Shown here: positions 10,076-22,470 of the stretch, one piece after another
Layout: every line of letters begins with the position of its first letter
Position numbering within the stretch: position 1 is the first letter of the stretch
DNA from: Selaginella moellendorffii
Taxonomy: Eukaryota; Plantae; Lycopodiophyta
Reading direction: 5' to 3'
Assembly: GCF_000143415.4 (NCBI RefSeq)
Contig: NW_003314265.1
Location: 448,405 to 512,404 of the forward strand
DNA length: 64,000 nucleotides
Made by a program: the position numbers and the translations under genes
Notes under the pieces: model-generated
What the model was told of the DNA's origin: nothing
Database searches by the model: none
The model's input: only the letters and a program-made list of their open reading frames with translations

Positions 10076-12145
10076 TCACCTTGAACATATCTTCTTGCTT
10101 TGCCTTCCGATCGTTTCCGTGACTTCATTTATCTCCAGATCTTCGCCATTCTTTCGTTTGCCTCGTATCTTCTCCAATCTAGCAGCTCGCATCTCCCTTC
10201 CATCTTGCCACTCATCTTCAAGATCCACGTCCACCGTCTTCCGGCCTCGCGGCTTTCGTTGCCGAGGACGCTTTGCCTGTGAATCCTCCACTCTCCCGGC
10301 CCTCGTTCTAGCCCGCTTCTTGCAACCACCACTACCGAAATCCTTCTCACTGGTAACGTCCACCATCGAGTTTCGTCTACAGCGCTCAACTCCTGGCTTT
10401 CCGGGACTCTCGAGATCTTCCTCCAGCTCTTCGTCCAGCTCGAAGCTACTAGCTTCAGCGTCTTGGCCAGGATCGTCACTCCCCGGGGGCAATTGCAAGA
10501 CAGTGTCACCACTCTCCACCAGGAGGATGTCGCTCACTTCCAGCCCCGGCCGCTCTTTCTTCCTCTTGGAGAATCGGGGCAGCAGCGTTTTCTTGAGCAC
10601 CACCTCCCTGTGGAAACTCTCCTTGCTCTCGGGATGCAAAGCCATCCACCGCCGCCAGCACTGGTTGTCCGTTCTCGGCGACATCACCTCCGCCACCGAC
10701 GACCACTTATGCATCCCAAACTTCTCCACCGCCTCCTCCAGCTTCTCGTCCTCCTCCGGACTCCACATATCGAAGCTCAGATTTGGATCCAAAACGTTCC
10801 GCCACCTCTCTCGGCACTGCGTCTCTGACCGGCCGGGGACGTGAGCCGCGACGGACTTCCACTGGTGAGGCCCGCACACCATCACGGCACACTTGAGGCG
10901 CTTGTCCTCCTCCAGCGACCATCGCCCGCGCTTCTTCCCCCTCAAAACTTCTTTCCACCTGTGCATCGCTTGCTGCCCGGTTCTTCCCTCCAGGCACGCC
11001 GCTACGTTCTGCCAGTCCTTCTCGCCACACATGTCCACCGCCAGCTTGAGCTGCTCGTCATCCTCCCGGCTCCACTCTCTCAGCGATAAGTTGGCGTTCA
11101 AGCTCCTTTGGTACCGGATCAAACACTGCGCTGGAGTTCTGTAAGTCCCCAGCTTCTCGGCCACACTCTCCCACTGAGCGAAGCCAAACTCCTTGGCAAT
11201 GCCCAGCAGCTGGAGGTCCTCGGCTTTGCTCCAGGGCCCGTGGTTGATGAGCTTGTCCTCGAAGTTGATCCACCTGGCCTTGCACTCCTTGGCCGTTCTA
11301 GCCGGAAGCGAGCCCCTGGAGACGATCTCCCAGTCCACCACATCGATCAGGTTCCTCACCTCCGCATCCGAGATGTTGTCGATCTCCTTCTCGCGCTCTT
11401 CCAGAGAGACTCCTGTTTTCAAGTCCAGGACCACCGCTTCCATAGCCTGGACAAGGAGATGCTGCTGGACTTGCATCTTTACCGTGCTGTGCAGGGCCTC
11501 GCTCTCCTTGGGCGACCAGCTTTTCGAGCACCTGACGCTGTTCTTGAGCTCCCGGAAGTTGTCCACGTCCTTGTTCTTCTCGGGCCCGGCCACGACTCGG
11601 TGCTTCTTGAGCCTGGAAGTGGAGTAGCTTAAGGTGGCCAGGGACGCGACGAACCTCGCAACGCAGCCCCGGTCGAAAGCTCGCCGGTTGCAGTGCTTCT
11701 CGAATCCCATGAGCGTCTTGACGCGCCTCTGGATCTCGGCGTTCTCCTTTTTTCTTTCCTCCACTCGCAGAAGCAAGTTACGAAGATGTTCTTGGCACTG
11801 CTTGTTCTTGTCGAGAGAATGCTGGAGGAGCTGCGAGTTGTAGTCCAGTACCTGGGTTTCCTGCTGTTCCACACCTTGAGTTTCTTGCTGCTCATCCAGT
11901 CCCTGAATTGGCTGCTGCTCCACCCCACTGCTTTCCACTTCCAATCGCTTCTTACCCTCGATCTTCTCACAGACGCTCCGCAAGGACTGCAAAACGGCCT
12001 CGTCCGCCGCCTCTCCGTCTTCCTCTCCTCCGTCCTCGTCCGCCGGATCTCCGTCCTCGTCTTCCAGGAATCCATGGCGGGCCACAAACGCACACAGCTC
12101 CTCATCATCTACCAGATCATCATCACCAGCATCATCACTTTCCAT
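10076..12145 (-). CDS. 4R-MYB protein, SNAPc subunit 4 (SNAP190/MYB4R1)-like
   Basis: Single 689-aa ORF: acidic N-terminus, coiled coil, then a half repeat plus four MYB repeats (WSKAED, WSREDD, WSLEED, WSPEED; RTDNQCWRRW). Confidence 0.9.
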   Translation of the reverse strand: MESDDAGDDDLVDDEELCAFVARHGFLEDEDGDPADEDGGEEDGEAADEAVLQSLRSVCEKIEGKKRLEVESSGVEQQPIQGLDEQQETQGVEQQETQVLDYNSQLLQHSLDKNKQCQEHLRNLLLRVEERKKENAEIQRRVKTLMGFEKHCNRRAFDRGCVARFVASLATLSYSTSRLKKHRVVAGPEKNKDVDNFRELKNSVRCSKSWSPKESEALHSTVKMQVQQHLLVQAMEAVVLDLKTGVSLEEREKEIDNISDAEVRNLIDVVDWEIVSRGSLPARTAKECKARWINFEDKLINHGPWSKAEDLQLLGIAKEFGFAQWESVAEKLGTYRTPAQCLIRYQRSLNANLSLREWSREDDEQLKLAVDMCGEKDWQNVAACLEGRTGQQAMHRWKEVLRGKKRGRWSLEEDKRLKCAVMVCGPHQWKSVAAHVPGRSETQCRERWRNVLDPNLSFDMWSPEEDEKLEEAVEKFGMHKWSSVAEVMSPRTDNQCWRRWMALHPESKESFHREVVLKKTLLPRFSKRKKERPGLEVSDILLVESGDTVLQLPPGSDDPGQDAEASSFELDEELEEDLESPGKPGVERCRRNSMVDVTSEKDFGSGGCKKRARTRAGRVEDSQAKRPRQRKPRGRKTVDVDLEDEWQDGREMRAARLEKIRGKRKNGEDLEINEVTETIGRQSKKICSR

Positions 12146-13399
12146 TCTCTTTGAAGGGAAGAGGGGGCGCTCACCTCATGCCATCGCCGCGCTACAAAAG
12201 CCCTAGCCAAAGGTAAAAGACCTAAACATTCAAAGGAATATTCATCTGAACATTTCATTTTAATTTAATTTTTAATATTTTTTAATTTTAATTTTGTTTA
12301 ATTATAAAGTGTTTGTAATTAATCATTTAACCAAATCTACTAATGATGAAAATTAAATAATATATTATTTAATATATTTTGTTTTCTTTTTAAAAATTAT
12401 AATTAAAATCTAAATATATAACAAGATATGTATACTAACAGTATAATAATAATTATGATTATAATTTTTTAAGTTAAAAACTAAATTATTTATACCAACA
12501 CTTTTAAAATGTTTTGATTAACAAATTTTATATAAAAATTTTAACTAATTAAATAGCATCAATAGTAATGCTTCTATCTCTCCACTTGAATATTTATCTA
12601 AAGCATTAAAGTATAAAAATGAATAATGTTGAAATGAACAAAGAAATTATGATTTTTATTTCTATATTATTTTTGACAACATTGTGATTAAAATTGTGAA
12701 AGCCCCCTATATTTATCACAAACAATATATTTTGAAGTAAGACTATTATAAAATATGTTATTTTATACATGTGTTATGAGAATAAATTCAATCAACATAT
12801 ACACTAAGTTATTAATGTCACACTTTTTAATTATTAATTACAGATTTATTCTTATTTCTTTAATATTAATATTTTATTTTAAAAAGCTAATGAATTGTTT
12901 TCTTGCAATTATAAAGTTTTTTTTTTAAGACTATACTATTCCTGAATTAAAAACTATAAAAGGAAATATAAAGGAAATACATACTAAATCTTGAAGTGGG
13001 CATTTTAAATATGGTTTACATTATAAATGTATTATCATTTTACTATATAACATATATTTAAATATCAAGATGTATCAAATTCTTAATTAGCAAATATAAG
13101 GTCCTATTATTATTATTAGAATAGTGGGATTTCAGTAGTTCAATCCATTTCTATATATATGCTTGGGTTTTTGGGCTAATTGAATATAGAAATTCATGTA
13201 ATCCATACAATCAGATTTATAAATTTAGCTTTTGCATGATTTAAATCTCCTTTATTCTTATAATTTCTTTTCATTTATTCTCTTTTATTTTTCTAGCTTT
13301 TTAGAGTAGCACTTAGTGCAGTTGCTCAATGCTATGTAGTAGCAGTTAAACAATCAAACTTAATTAATAATGATATTTATACATAGTATAACTCTTTTT

Positions 13400-14480
13400 G
13401 GTTTTGCTGCTAATCCTCACATTTGGTTAAAGTTTTTCTATGAGAATTTTGAGGATGATGTGTATTATTAATTCAATCACTTTATGGTGATTGCCACCTA
13501 TGATTCTTGGGATGATGTTCAAAGTCTACTTAAGTTTCCCATATATATCAAAAAGATATTATTATGGTGGTATAATTGTTTGAATGTGGCCACTCCTGTG
13601 GATTAAAGCCTTCTTTCAAACATTTTCAAACACGAATTTTGGATATGTTGATAAATGTGATGATGATTTCCAACAATTGCATCATCTATTAAAGGCCATT
13701 TAAATTAATTATGCAATATAATGTTTACTTCCAAAGTTTTTTGCTTCATGCAAAGCTAAATATGTAAGATTGAATCAAATTAAAAATATTGTGATTATCA
13801 CTTCATCAAAATCTTATAAAACTTGTGCATGCACTTACCCCAACTAATCCTTTGTAATACTTTTCAACTGGCACAATGCTATGAAACACTTCTCTCACTT
13901 ATCATTTTAGCTATTTTGCCATGTTTGGAAAGCAATATTGCATTTGAGCAAGGATGTTAAAAATAAATGATTTAGGGGTGACTGATTTAACCATAAAATT
14001 TGATGATTCTGATGATCTGTAAATAAAATTTAGAAGTGAATTAGGACAAGGTGAAAGAGTTCTTCAATAAGTCTAAATGGGAGATGTTATCTTTGTGTGG
14101 GTGATTTTTCTATCAAGTAATTGACAAAACACATTAATGCTTTTATGGAGGAGAGTGATGAATTTTCTCATAAACATATTAGTCTATATAATGCATTTGA
14201 GAAGGAGGTTGAGTGGGCACAAGCTAGAAGAGCACTTGGGCAGAGGCCACTTCCAGTATTTATAGCAGGTAATAGGGTGAATCAATACATTTCAATTGGT
14301 TGATATTAAATATCAAATGAATTTTCACCTCAATTAGTAGTCATGTTTGATATAGCTGTGGATGATAAACCAAGAGTATGAGCAGATTACCAATACATTA
14401 TAGTTTCTGTCATATGTTATCTTAGAATTGTTGTATTGCTATGATTTGCTTTCTAGATGGACCCTGATGTATGAGCATTC
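13400..14480 (+). mobile_element. Highly decayed Ty3/gypsy-like gag (and possible protease) relic in an AT-rich island
   Basis: 13415-13640 reads PHIWLKFF..EDDVYY*FNHFMVIATYDSWDDVQSLLKFPIYIKKILLWWYNCL..VD*SLLSNIFKHEF, a retrotransposon-gag-like pattern with stops at expected Trp positions. The region 12.2-14.5 kb is very AT-rich and CpG-poor. Confidence 0.55.
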
Positions 14481-15139
14481 TGCAAGAATATCTAAAGAAT
14501 TTGGCACAATAACTAAAGAGATCTTCATACTAGTTTTTAGCATCCAAGTACAATGGCCAGTTATATCTAAATAAGCATCTTGGCTACTGTCCTGCTTGAA
14601 GGAGAAGATGGACCATGCTTGGCTGCAGGATTTAAGTTGTAGTCGTTGCTCCAGCTCTCCAGCCTCACCTCCAGCTGCTAGACAAAACAAGAACTCATTT
14701 GGTCATGATCCTTCCATTGCTTCTCAAGTGTGGCATTCATCATCGTCCAGGTGACAAGTCATTTCTCGTATGGTTTGGCCCAAGATGGTGTCAAAAGCCC
14801 TAAAAATTCAAAAGAAATCTTCGCGCGTTCTTTAAAGAGTTCGTTCCGATCGATTTGCGGAGAGGAAAAATAAAAAAGAACAAGGATATAAGCGTCGCGT
14901 CCACCTCAACTTGGCAAAATATGTACAGCCCGTTTAGAAAGTAACCAGTCCCTATGATGATGTCGACTTCGAGAGCTGTAACGTTTCCACCATCTCCATC
15001 CAAAACAAAAAAAAATGCCACCACCAGCACCGTCACCGCTACCACCACCACTGTCCCAAAACTTTCACCACCATCACCACCACCACCGTCGTCGCCGCGC
15101 CTTCCATCCCCCAGCGTCAATCCTACGTCTCTCTCTCTC

Positions 15140-15350
15140 CGCCACCACAGTAACAGAGGAATCCCCTCCGCCACCAAAGTAGCCGATGAGTTCTCTCCTG
15201 CGCCACCGAAGTAGCCAATGAGTCCTCTCCTCCGCCACCACACCACAGTAGCCGATGAGTCCTCTCCTCCGCAGCCGATGAATCCTTTCCTCCGCCACCG
15301 CAGTAGCCAACGAATCCTCTACCACAGTAGCCGATGAATCCTCCCCACCA
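15140..15350. repeat. Degenerate ~27-39 bp tandem repeat
   Basis: Repeated cagtagccgatgagtcctctcctccgccacc-type units (about 6-7) just downstream of the C2H2 gene. Confidence 0.8.
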
Positions 15351-15397
15351 GAAACATCAAAAAGCCTACCGCCACCACCGTCACAAAACCTCTTTTA

Positions 15398-18006
15398 TCA
15401 CTGCTTCTTGGGCAAGTATCTCTGCTCGGACGCCTTGCCCTTCTTCCACTTGTTGGAGCCTGCCTTCTTGTTGCAAGTCCCGTTCCTGCCGTCGAGCCGC
15501 TTCTCCTCCTCTCCCTTCACCCCGCCGCGCAAACCCAAAACGTTGCCGCCGCTGGACGACTCCTCTGCGTTGCCAGCTTCCAGGTTCCCTACGCTCGCTA
15601 CGCCGCCCGACTCTAAAGAATTTCCTACACTTCCTGCTACTTCACTGGCGTCTGGAGCCTCCTCCTTGTCAGCTTCACCATTTCCGGCCTTGTCCACCTC
15701 CGGATGACCGTCAACACCACCTTCTGGGCCAGCTTCCAGTTTCTGAACCTCAGGCGTCTCACCATCGGCCAGTGACTCCTCCAGGACCGCGAAAACCACT
15801 GCCTCTGGATCTGATATAGCCTTGCGCCATCCTGGAAAGAAAGAGCGTTTAGACGAGTCGTGACACAGAACTTAGAACTTACTGTCAACGAGGAACGCCA
15901 TGCATGCCTCCGCCACCCTGGCAAACTCTTGCTCGTCACCTGTTGCCGTGGCCTCGCATTCAGCACTTGCTGGCGTCTGATTCTCCAACGAGCACTCCTC
16001 AGCCGCTGGCATTTCGTCCTCCGCCGCTTTAGTACCACCGTCGCCTTTCGAGCTCACGGGCGTCAGCAGCTCTTTCTCCAAGGAGTCAAAACGCTGGGAA
16101 GACGGCCTCAAAGCTTCCAATGCACGGGCATTGAGCGGTATGCTCAAGGTGCCAATCATAAGCTCCTCTTGGTCCAGATACAGTTGGTCCTGATGAACAA
16201 CTCGAGAATCATCGAGTCCTTCAGCATTTGGAACCTGCTCCGCTTCACCTGCGCCAGTGAGCTTCTCGCCTGGTATGGTCTCTCCTTGAGCGTGGTCGTT
16301 GAGGATTCCATCAGGATTGCTGTCAGCTTCTATAGCAGTAGAGGCGTCGCAAACATTGTCTGCATTGTTCTTTCTCGTCCAGCAAGTGTAGCCGTTTGCT
16401 CCGACATTCGCACCTCTGTTGCCCCTCGTATATCTTGGCTTGTACTTCGGAAAACTCGACTGCTTCTGTTCAGCTTGAGTGTGAACAACAAAGCGCCTCC
16501 GCTGGGGCCTGCTGACGGTAAACTCTTCCTGGGAATTGTCGGGTTCCTCTGCCCACCTAGCAGTACCGGTTTCAACCTTCTCTACATCTGAATCCTCGGC
16601 GCCCGTAGCTAAAGAAGAAAATCCACCAACTGCTGCGGATTCTACGTCCTGCTGTAAGTCGGTGTCGTCGTTTTGTATGCCAGTGTCGGGTGGATTACCT
16701 CCAGCTCTCTTCTCCCTTTGCCTTTGCTTTTTTAGACGCTTCCTTTCCAGTTCCCTCTCGCGCCTAACAGAAACCATGCCCGTTCAGATATATATACATA
16801 TATATAACAAAAATATCAAGATCGTTACTTCTTCTGAGCAGCTTCCTCTTCTTCGACGAGGGCTCTCTGGATGTCAAGCGCTTTCTTATCCTTTTCCGCA
16901 TTCCAAGCTTTCACCTGAACAACAAACCATCACCGTTTTGATACAAAAGCCAGCAGACAGTACCAAGTTATCCTCGATGAGAAAAGCCAAAGTTGCTATA
17001 GCGTTCTTCTCTTCTCCATGTGGAGGGTCCTTTTGATACACGTAACGTGCCACAGCCACACTCGTCCCACCGATCAGGAAAGTCTTCTCACTTGCGTCGT
17101 CCAATACTTTGAACAGAACCTCGGAAGGCACATTTGCTGCGGCATTGACCCGTATATCTTCCTGAAGTGCGACGTATGCCAGTGACAAAGCCATGAAAGT
17201 TTTGACAGCCTTACCAGTTGTCTTCCAGCTCTGAAGTACGCCTGTGTCAGGTATGCAACACCGGACATCTGCATGTGTTTTTGTAGGGCCTGCTCGATAT
17301 TAGTCCCAGTAATCTCCTGCAGCTAGCTTTTAGTCCCAGATTCAAGAACCAATAACAAAGAGACTTACATCTACCCGGGAAGACTTCAAGGAGAGGATCT
17401 CAGAAGCTTGGGCTGGAGATAACTGCAACAAGTCAAAGTATGATCAGTACCTCCGGGAACGTAAGCTATTAGCGCACGAAACACCTGCGCCCAGAATTGG
17501 CCAATGGCATCCCTTTGCTTCGACAGCTCGTCCTGCACAAACTCAATACTCAAGCCTTGTATTCAGCAAAACGAACCAAAGAAAAAGAGAAAGGAAACAG
17601 AGCTTCGTACTCACCTTGTCTGGATGGAGTGTTTTCCGATGAAATCTCATGTGCCGACGACAATTGAAAGGAGAGAAAAACTCCCGGACGCACTTGTCGC
17701 ATTTGTGTGTCTGGATACCCGTGGGTACGAACCATGTTGTTGGAAACAAACCTATAAGGAATTAAACAAGATGAGCGAGATGAAATAAATGACACGGACT
17801 CTCCTAAACCTCTCCAACTATCACTCACCATTCAACTCATAATCTCCTCGCAGCAACGCTAAGAATGCCTGGGGTACTCTAAGCAACTTAAACCCATTCC
17901 CCAATCCAGATACTCCCCTCTCCACACCCACACCCGACCACAGGCTTTCCGATCTACTATCCCCTCTCAATCCCTGGGGCAACTTACCTTCCCCGAAGCG
18001 ATCCAT
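15398..18006 (-). CDS. C2H2 zinc-finger protein (plant family resembling At5g52010/At4g25610), multi-exon
   Basis: MDRFGE/GLFP..HKCDKCVREFFSPFNCRRHMRFH, LFKVLDDASEKTFL, LVEEEEAAQK, AFLVD/RWRKAI joined across GT-AG introns. Start codon uncertain. Confidence 0.8.
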
Positions 18007-18609
18007 GCCTCGGCAAGACCTCTGGAAGCGCTGGATTTCTTGCGAAAATATGCCCGAGTAGGGTCAGCTTTGGCCCAGCGCCGTCGCGGAATCATCATCA
18101 CTCGGCGAAATCCGCGATAGCTTGCGAAGAACAGTGTCGGAAGTGTCGAGCTTCATCGCGGCGTCATCGGCTGGGGGCCTAGGACAAATATTTCCAGCTA
18201 TCCGAGAGAAAAGATCGAGGAAATGAGGAGAAAGGAAATGCGATCACAGCATTCACGATACCTGGGAGAAAAATCCGGACTCCGCAAACCTAGCCGGAGC
18301 ATCGTCTCCCTGTCATGAAAGAAGCGGAGTAAAGGCGCCACGAGCGGTGGGATCGATCGATCGAGCGCCTCTCAAACCTAACCCTATTCCAGAGGAAGCA
18401 CGCCAACAAAGTTTTAAGCAATGCTAGAGAATGCTAGAGAATATGCCACTTCCCGCCCAAAATGATTTCTTCGTCTTCTATATATCATACAAACAAACAG
18501 TCACCTCTCTCTTTTCTTTTCTTTGCTCTTCTCTTTCTCTCGCTCTATCTCTCTCTATCTCTCTCTCTCTTCTCTCACTCTCCCTCACTCAGCTCGCTCG
18601 CTCGATAGC

Positions 18610-21562
18610 TCACACGCCCACCCATTTCACCCACGCGAAGAACTTCCATAGCCCAAAGGGGAGGCCATAGTCCCTTTGGAATGCCGGCTCGTTCTTAGCG
18701 CTCCTGGGACGAGACCACACGTAGATCCCGCGCTCTTGCTTGCTGCCAGGAACAGTGTTGTCCAGGAAAAACGCCACCACGAAGGCTATCACCATATGCA
18801 TTGATAGCAGGCTGTTAAAGATGAAGTTCACCTACACACACACACACACACACAAGATGGCGTTAGAACCCATTCTCAAGATCGTTCCGGAACGAGATAA
18901 GCTATCCAAAGAACAAGAAACATAACAAAGAATCTAGAGACAAGAACTTTGACACGAGCGAAACAAGACAAAGCAAACAGGCCGGAGAAAACTTGCAAGC
19001 GGACGAACTAACGATGCTGGAAAGGACTGACTTAAAACTCAGGCTATAAAGACGATGACTGACAAGAGCGAAGGAATCAAACAAAATAAGGAAGGGGGAG
19101 GGAGCAAACTTACTGTTCCGCTCTTGGTTTGTATGGGCCCGTGTGTAGCAACGGAATACGGGGCAAGAAAGAACTGGACGGAGTTGCTGCCAGCGTTATA
19201 CTGCTGGAAGTACGCAGGCACCGATAGAGACAGGAAGAGCGAAAGCCCAACGATGAGAACGTTGCGGGAGCTCCCAGTTTCCGTGTAGCGGAGATACGAC
19301 AGCCCCCAGGCTGTCAGCATTGCCCACATAATGCACAGGAGCGCAGCCACCATAACTTGGGGAATCGACGCAAGAAAGGCTCCAACTTTGCCTGAAAAGT
19401 GATGGAAACTTGATGAGCATGACAAAGCACGGAAGAAAATGATGCAGAAGCTTACCTATGAAAGACAAGGCTATGAGAACGAATGCACCGAATGTCACGG
19501 CGTGACGGCTTCCCATTCTCGTCACCGCGATCGTGTGTACGTTTTCAGTGAGAGTCGTTGCTCCGGTTCCGATTCCCCACAGACCAGCCAGAGCACTCGT
19601 AATGCCTTCCAGGCCTATGGCCCGACTTACAAGTCCAGGGGTTGGAGCTCTCGAAGCAACCAGAAGGGACGTTGCATGATAAGATCCTACCTGAAGAAAG
19701 CAATCCGAATACTTGTCAAGAGAAGAGATGACACCGGAACTCTCGAAAGCTTACCGAGTCCACTGAAGCTATGATAGAAGCAGCAATCATTACTGCCCCC
19801 GTTCTGAGGCTGAAAGTCGGAGTTCCCCATTGGAACGGATAAGGGAACCTTACCCAGGCTGCGTCTCTGAGGGCATGTGAAGCGTCGGTTCTACAACTTC
19901 TCATTGTATGGATGTGCCGCTGGCACGCCGCTGAAGGATTTGCCATGTCCATCTTACAACCTTTATAGTTGTAAGCTCCCGTTTCAGTTAACAAGAACGC
20001 GTAGGCCCAAGTTGTTGCCAAGCCGAGAGGCACCTGTTTTGAAGGATTTAATCCAGCTGAATCATAAAGAAAGTGAAACTCACAGCATAAATTTGGAAAA
20101 TCCTATGCCCGAAAATTGAAATCTTCCGAAGATGCTGCAAACGGACGCGTCTGAGAAAATTTAGGAGAAGAACTTAACGCAAACAAACCAGAGCGAAGAT
20201 GATGACCACAATAATTTGTGGTATCCCAATTTCAACACATGAACCAACAGTCGTGAAACCATACGTAAAGAATGCCAAACCAACGGCTGCTACAGTTGGC
20301 GAGACAATCACAGGATTTATAACTCTGGAGACATAACCCATCATCAGTTAAGAAGATTGAAGACATACATACCTAAGCAAAAATGACATTAGGCCACTGT
20401 AGCCAGCAATGATCTGGAACAACGAGGAGATTATGACGGCACCTTGTAGTTCCTTCATGGTGTGCTTGAACCTCTACAATAAACAAACAAACTCAAGGAA
20501 AAATCAACAGAGGAGTATCCTTACATTTCCAGGTACGTTGGAAAACTCTGGCGAGTTCGCAATCACCAAAGCTGGAGCCAGGTACACAAACGACGGCCCT
20601 TGTATTAGAGGCAGCCTTGATCCGAAGCACAAATGAATAAGCGTCGTGATCCCGGAAACAAGCAATGTAGTGGAAACCACTCGCGATGTATCATTCTGAG
20701 GATACAGAAAACAAAAGAATGCAAGAAAGCTTGCTATCATTGACAAGAACACTCAGCGGAGAAGTATAAACGACTTACATCACTTCCTCCTATGAGTGGG
20801 ACCAAAACCAGCGGCACGAGAATCAGCGATCCAATGATAGAAAAATAGTGCTGAAGCCCGTAGAGGATCAGTGGAACTGTAACAACAAAAATCAGTTCGT
20901 GTGTGTCACAAGAAAGGCAGCACAAGAAAAATGATGAGCACCGACAACTTAACAGCAACTCAATCAGCTGAAGAACACCAAGGTAAACAAGCAAAAGTCT
21001 TACCGAGTCCGGGATTTTCCCTGATTTCGTATTTCATATGAGTCTGCTTGATCGATCCACCATCGTCTGGATCTTGGGACGACATGACGTCCGACTCCCT
21101 GTCCCTGAAATTCTTCATCGGCTCGATCCGAATGGGCTCACTAATTTTCCTCACACCATTACCACCAGCAGCAGCCACATTCGTCACTGGAACTGTCTCA
21201 GAAATCGCTGGGATCCCATTCTTTTCCTTGCTGGCCGCGGCTACCGAATTCCTAAGTCCATTCCCGTTCAATGCCGCTGGAGCATTCGTTCCAACGGTAG
21301 CTCCACCAGCAGCATTGCCAAAAACTCTCTCCCTGTATGCCGGCGGCTTTGGAAGCTCTTGCTGCTCCCCAGTCGAGAAAGTCCCAGTGGTCTCGCGACT
21401 CTTGTAGCCTGTTCGTCGAGCCCAAGAGCCGAGCATGCTGGGATTGTAGCCGTGATTCGCCGGAAGCGGCTCCATCACCGTGGGTGGCCAGGCACCGGGC
21501 TTCTTACCAAGAGACGGCGACTCTGGATCGTTTTGAGACCTCGAAGGAGGAGACCCCAGCAT
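18610..21562 (-). CDS. Nucleobase-ascorbate transporter, NAT11/NAT12 clade
   Basis: Long N-terminal extension with PGAWPP, HMKYEIRENPGL, YGLQHYFS, GSRLPLIQGPSF, TLTENVHTIAVTRMGSR, FLDNTVPGSKQERGIYVW. Confidence 0.93.
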
Positions 21563-22470
21563 CTTTCCTCTCGCTCAAATTGTTCTTCTCTTGCGCAAGA
21601 TCTCGCCAGGCTTCCTCCCCTCCAACTCTAGAAATCGCCCAAGATTTCTGGAGCTAAGACCTGTTCCTGGCCCGGATTGTTCCCACTCCCGGTCACGAAT
21701 CACATGGGTTGCTCGAGCTGCCAAATGGGTCCCCGGAGCCACTGCCGGCGTCATCAGCACGTTGGAGCAGCTGCATTGTTTGCCTGGCTGCCAGATCTAT
21801 CTATCTATCCTCCTATTCTTTGTTTTTTTCCCTCGTCGCCCACTTTGCCTGGTTTGCTGGCGCGCAGATCAAGCTGGCACCCGCGAGAGATCAGCACAAA
21901 ACAATGCGATAGAACGCGCAAATCTGCGAAATGGAATGGTTAGCTCACCTCGTCTCGAGGCCGCCGCCGCGCCTTTACCGCATGAATGAAAGGATGAATC
22001 AGAGAGCTATGGCCGCGACAACGATCTCGCAGCTAGAGGGGTAGCAGCGCCTCCTCGCCCGCCTCTGTCTTGTTCCGTGATGGCGACGCAAGAACAAAGA
22101 AAAGAAAGAGGAGAAATTGGCCGTTTGATCTGATCAGGCCCTACCGCGGCGCTCCCCACCACAACAGCAGACGCGCACGAACACGAGGGAGCACCGATTC
22201 GACGCCGCGATCGCCATAGCTCGGAGCTCTCCGCGCGATCAAAATATCTGGGAGAGAAAACCTAGCTCCTACCTAGGGATCTTTCTTTCTCTCTTCCCCT
22301 CTTTCTTTGCTCGTTCTTTCTTTCCTTCTTTCTTTCTTGCCAGACTGGTGTGTATCGTGTAGCTATAGCGTATATGTTGTGGCTACTACTACGGTATCGA
22401 GTAGCGGACAAAGAATATGCCCTAGGATAGCAATGGATATTCTTGGAATCTAACCGTTGGGCTGCTGTAC

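Noticed and set aside
18500-18860. (CT)n and (CA)n microsatellites (also (GA)n at ~8560)
   Set aside because: Ordinary simple repeats.
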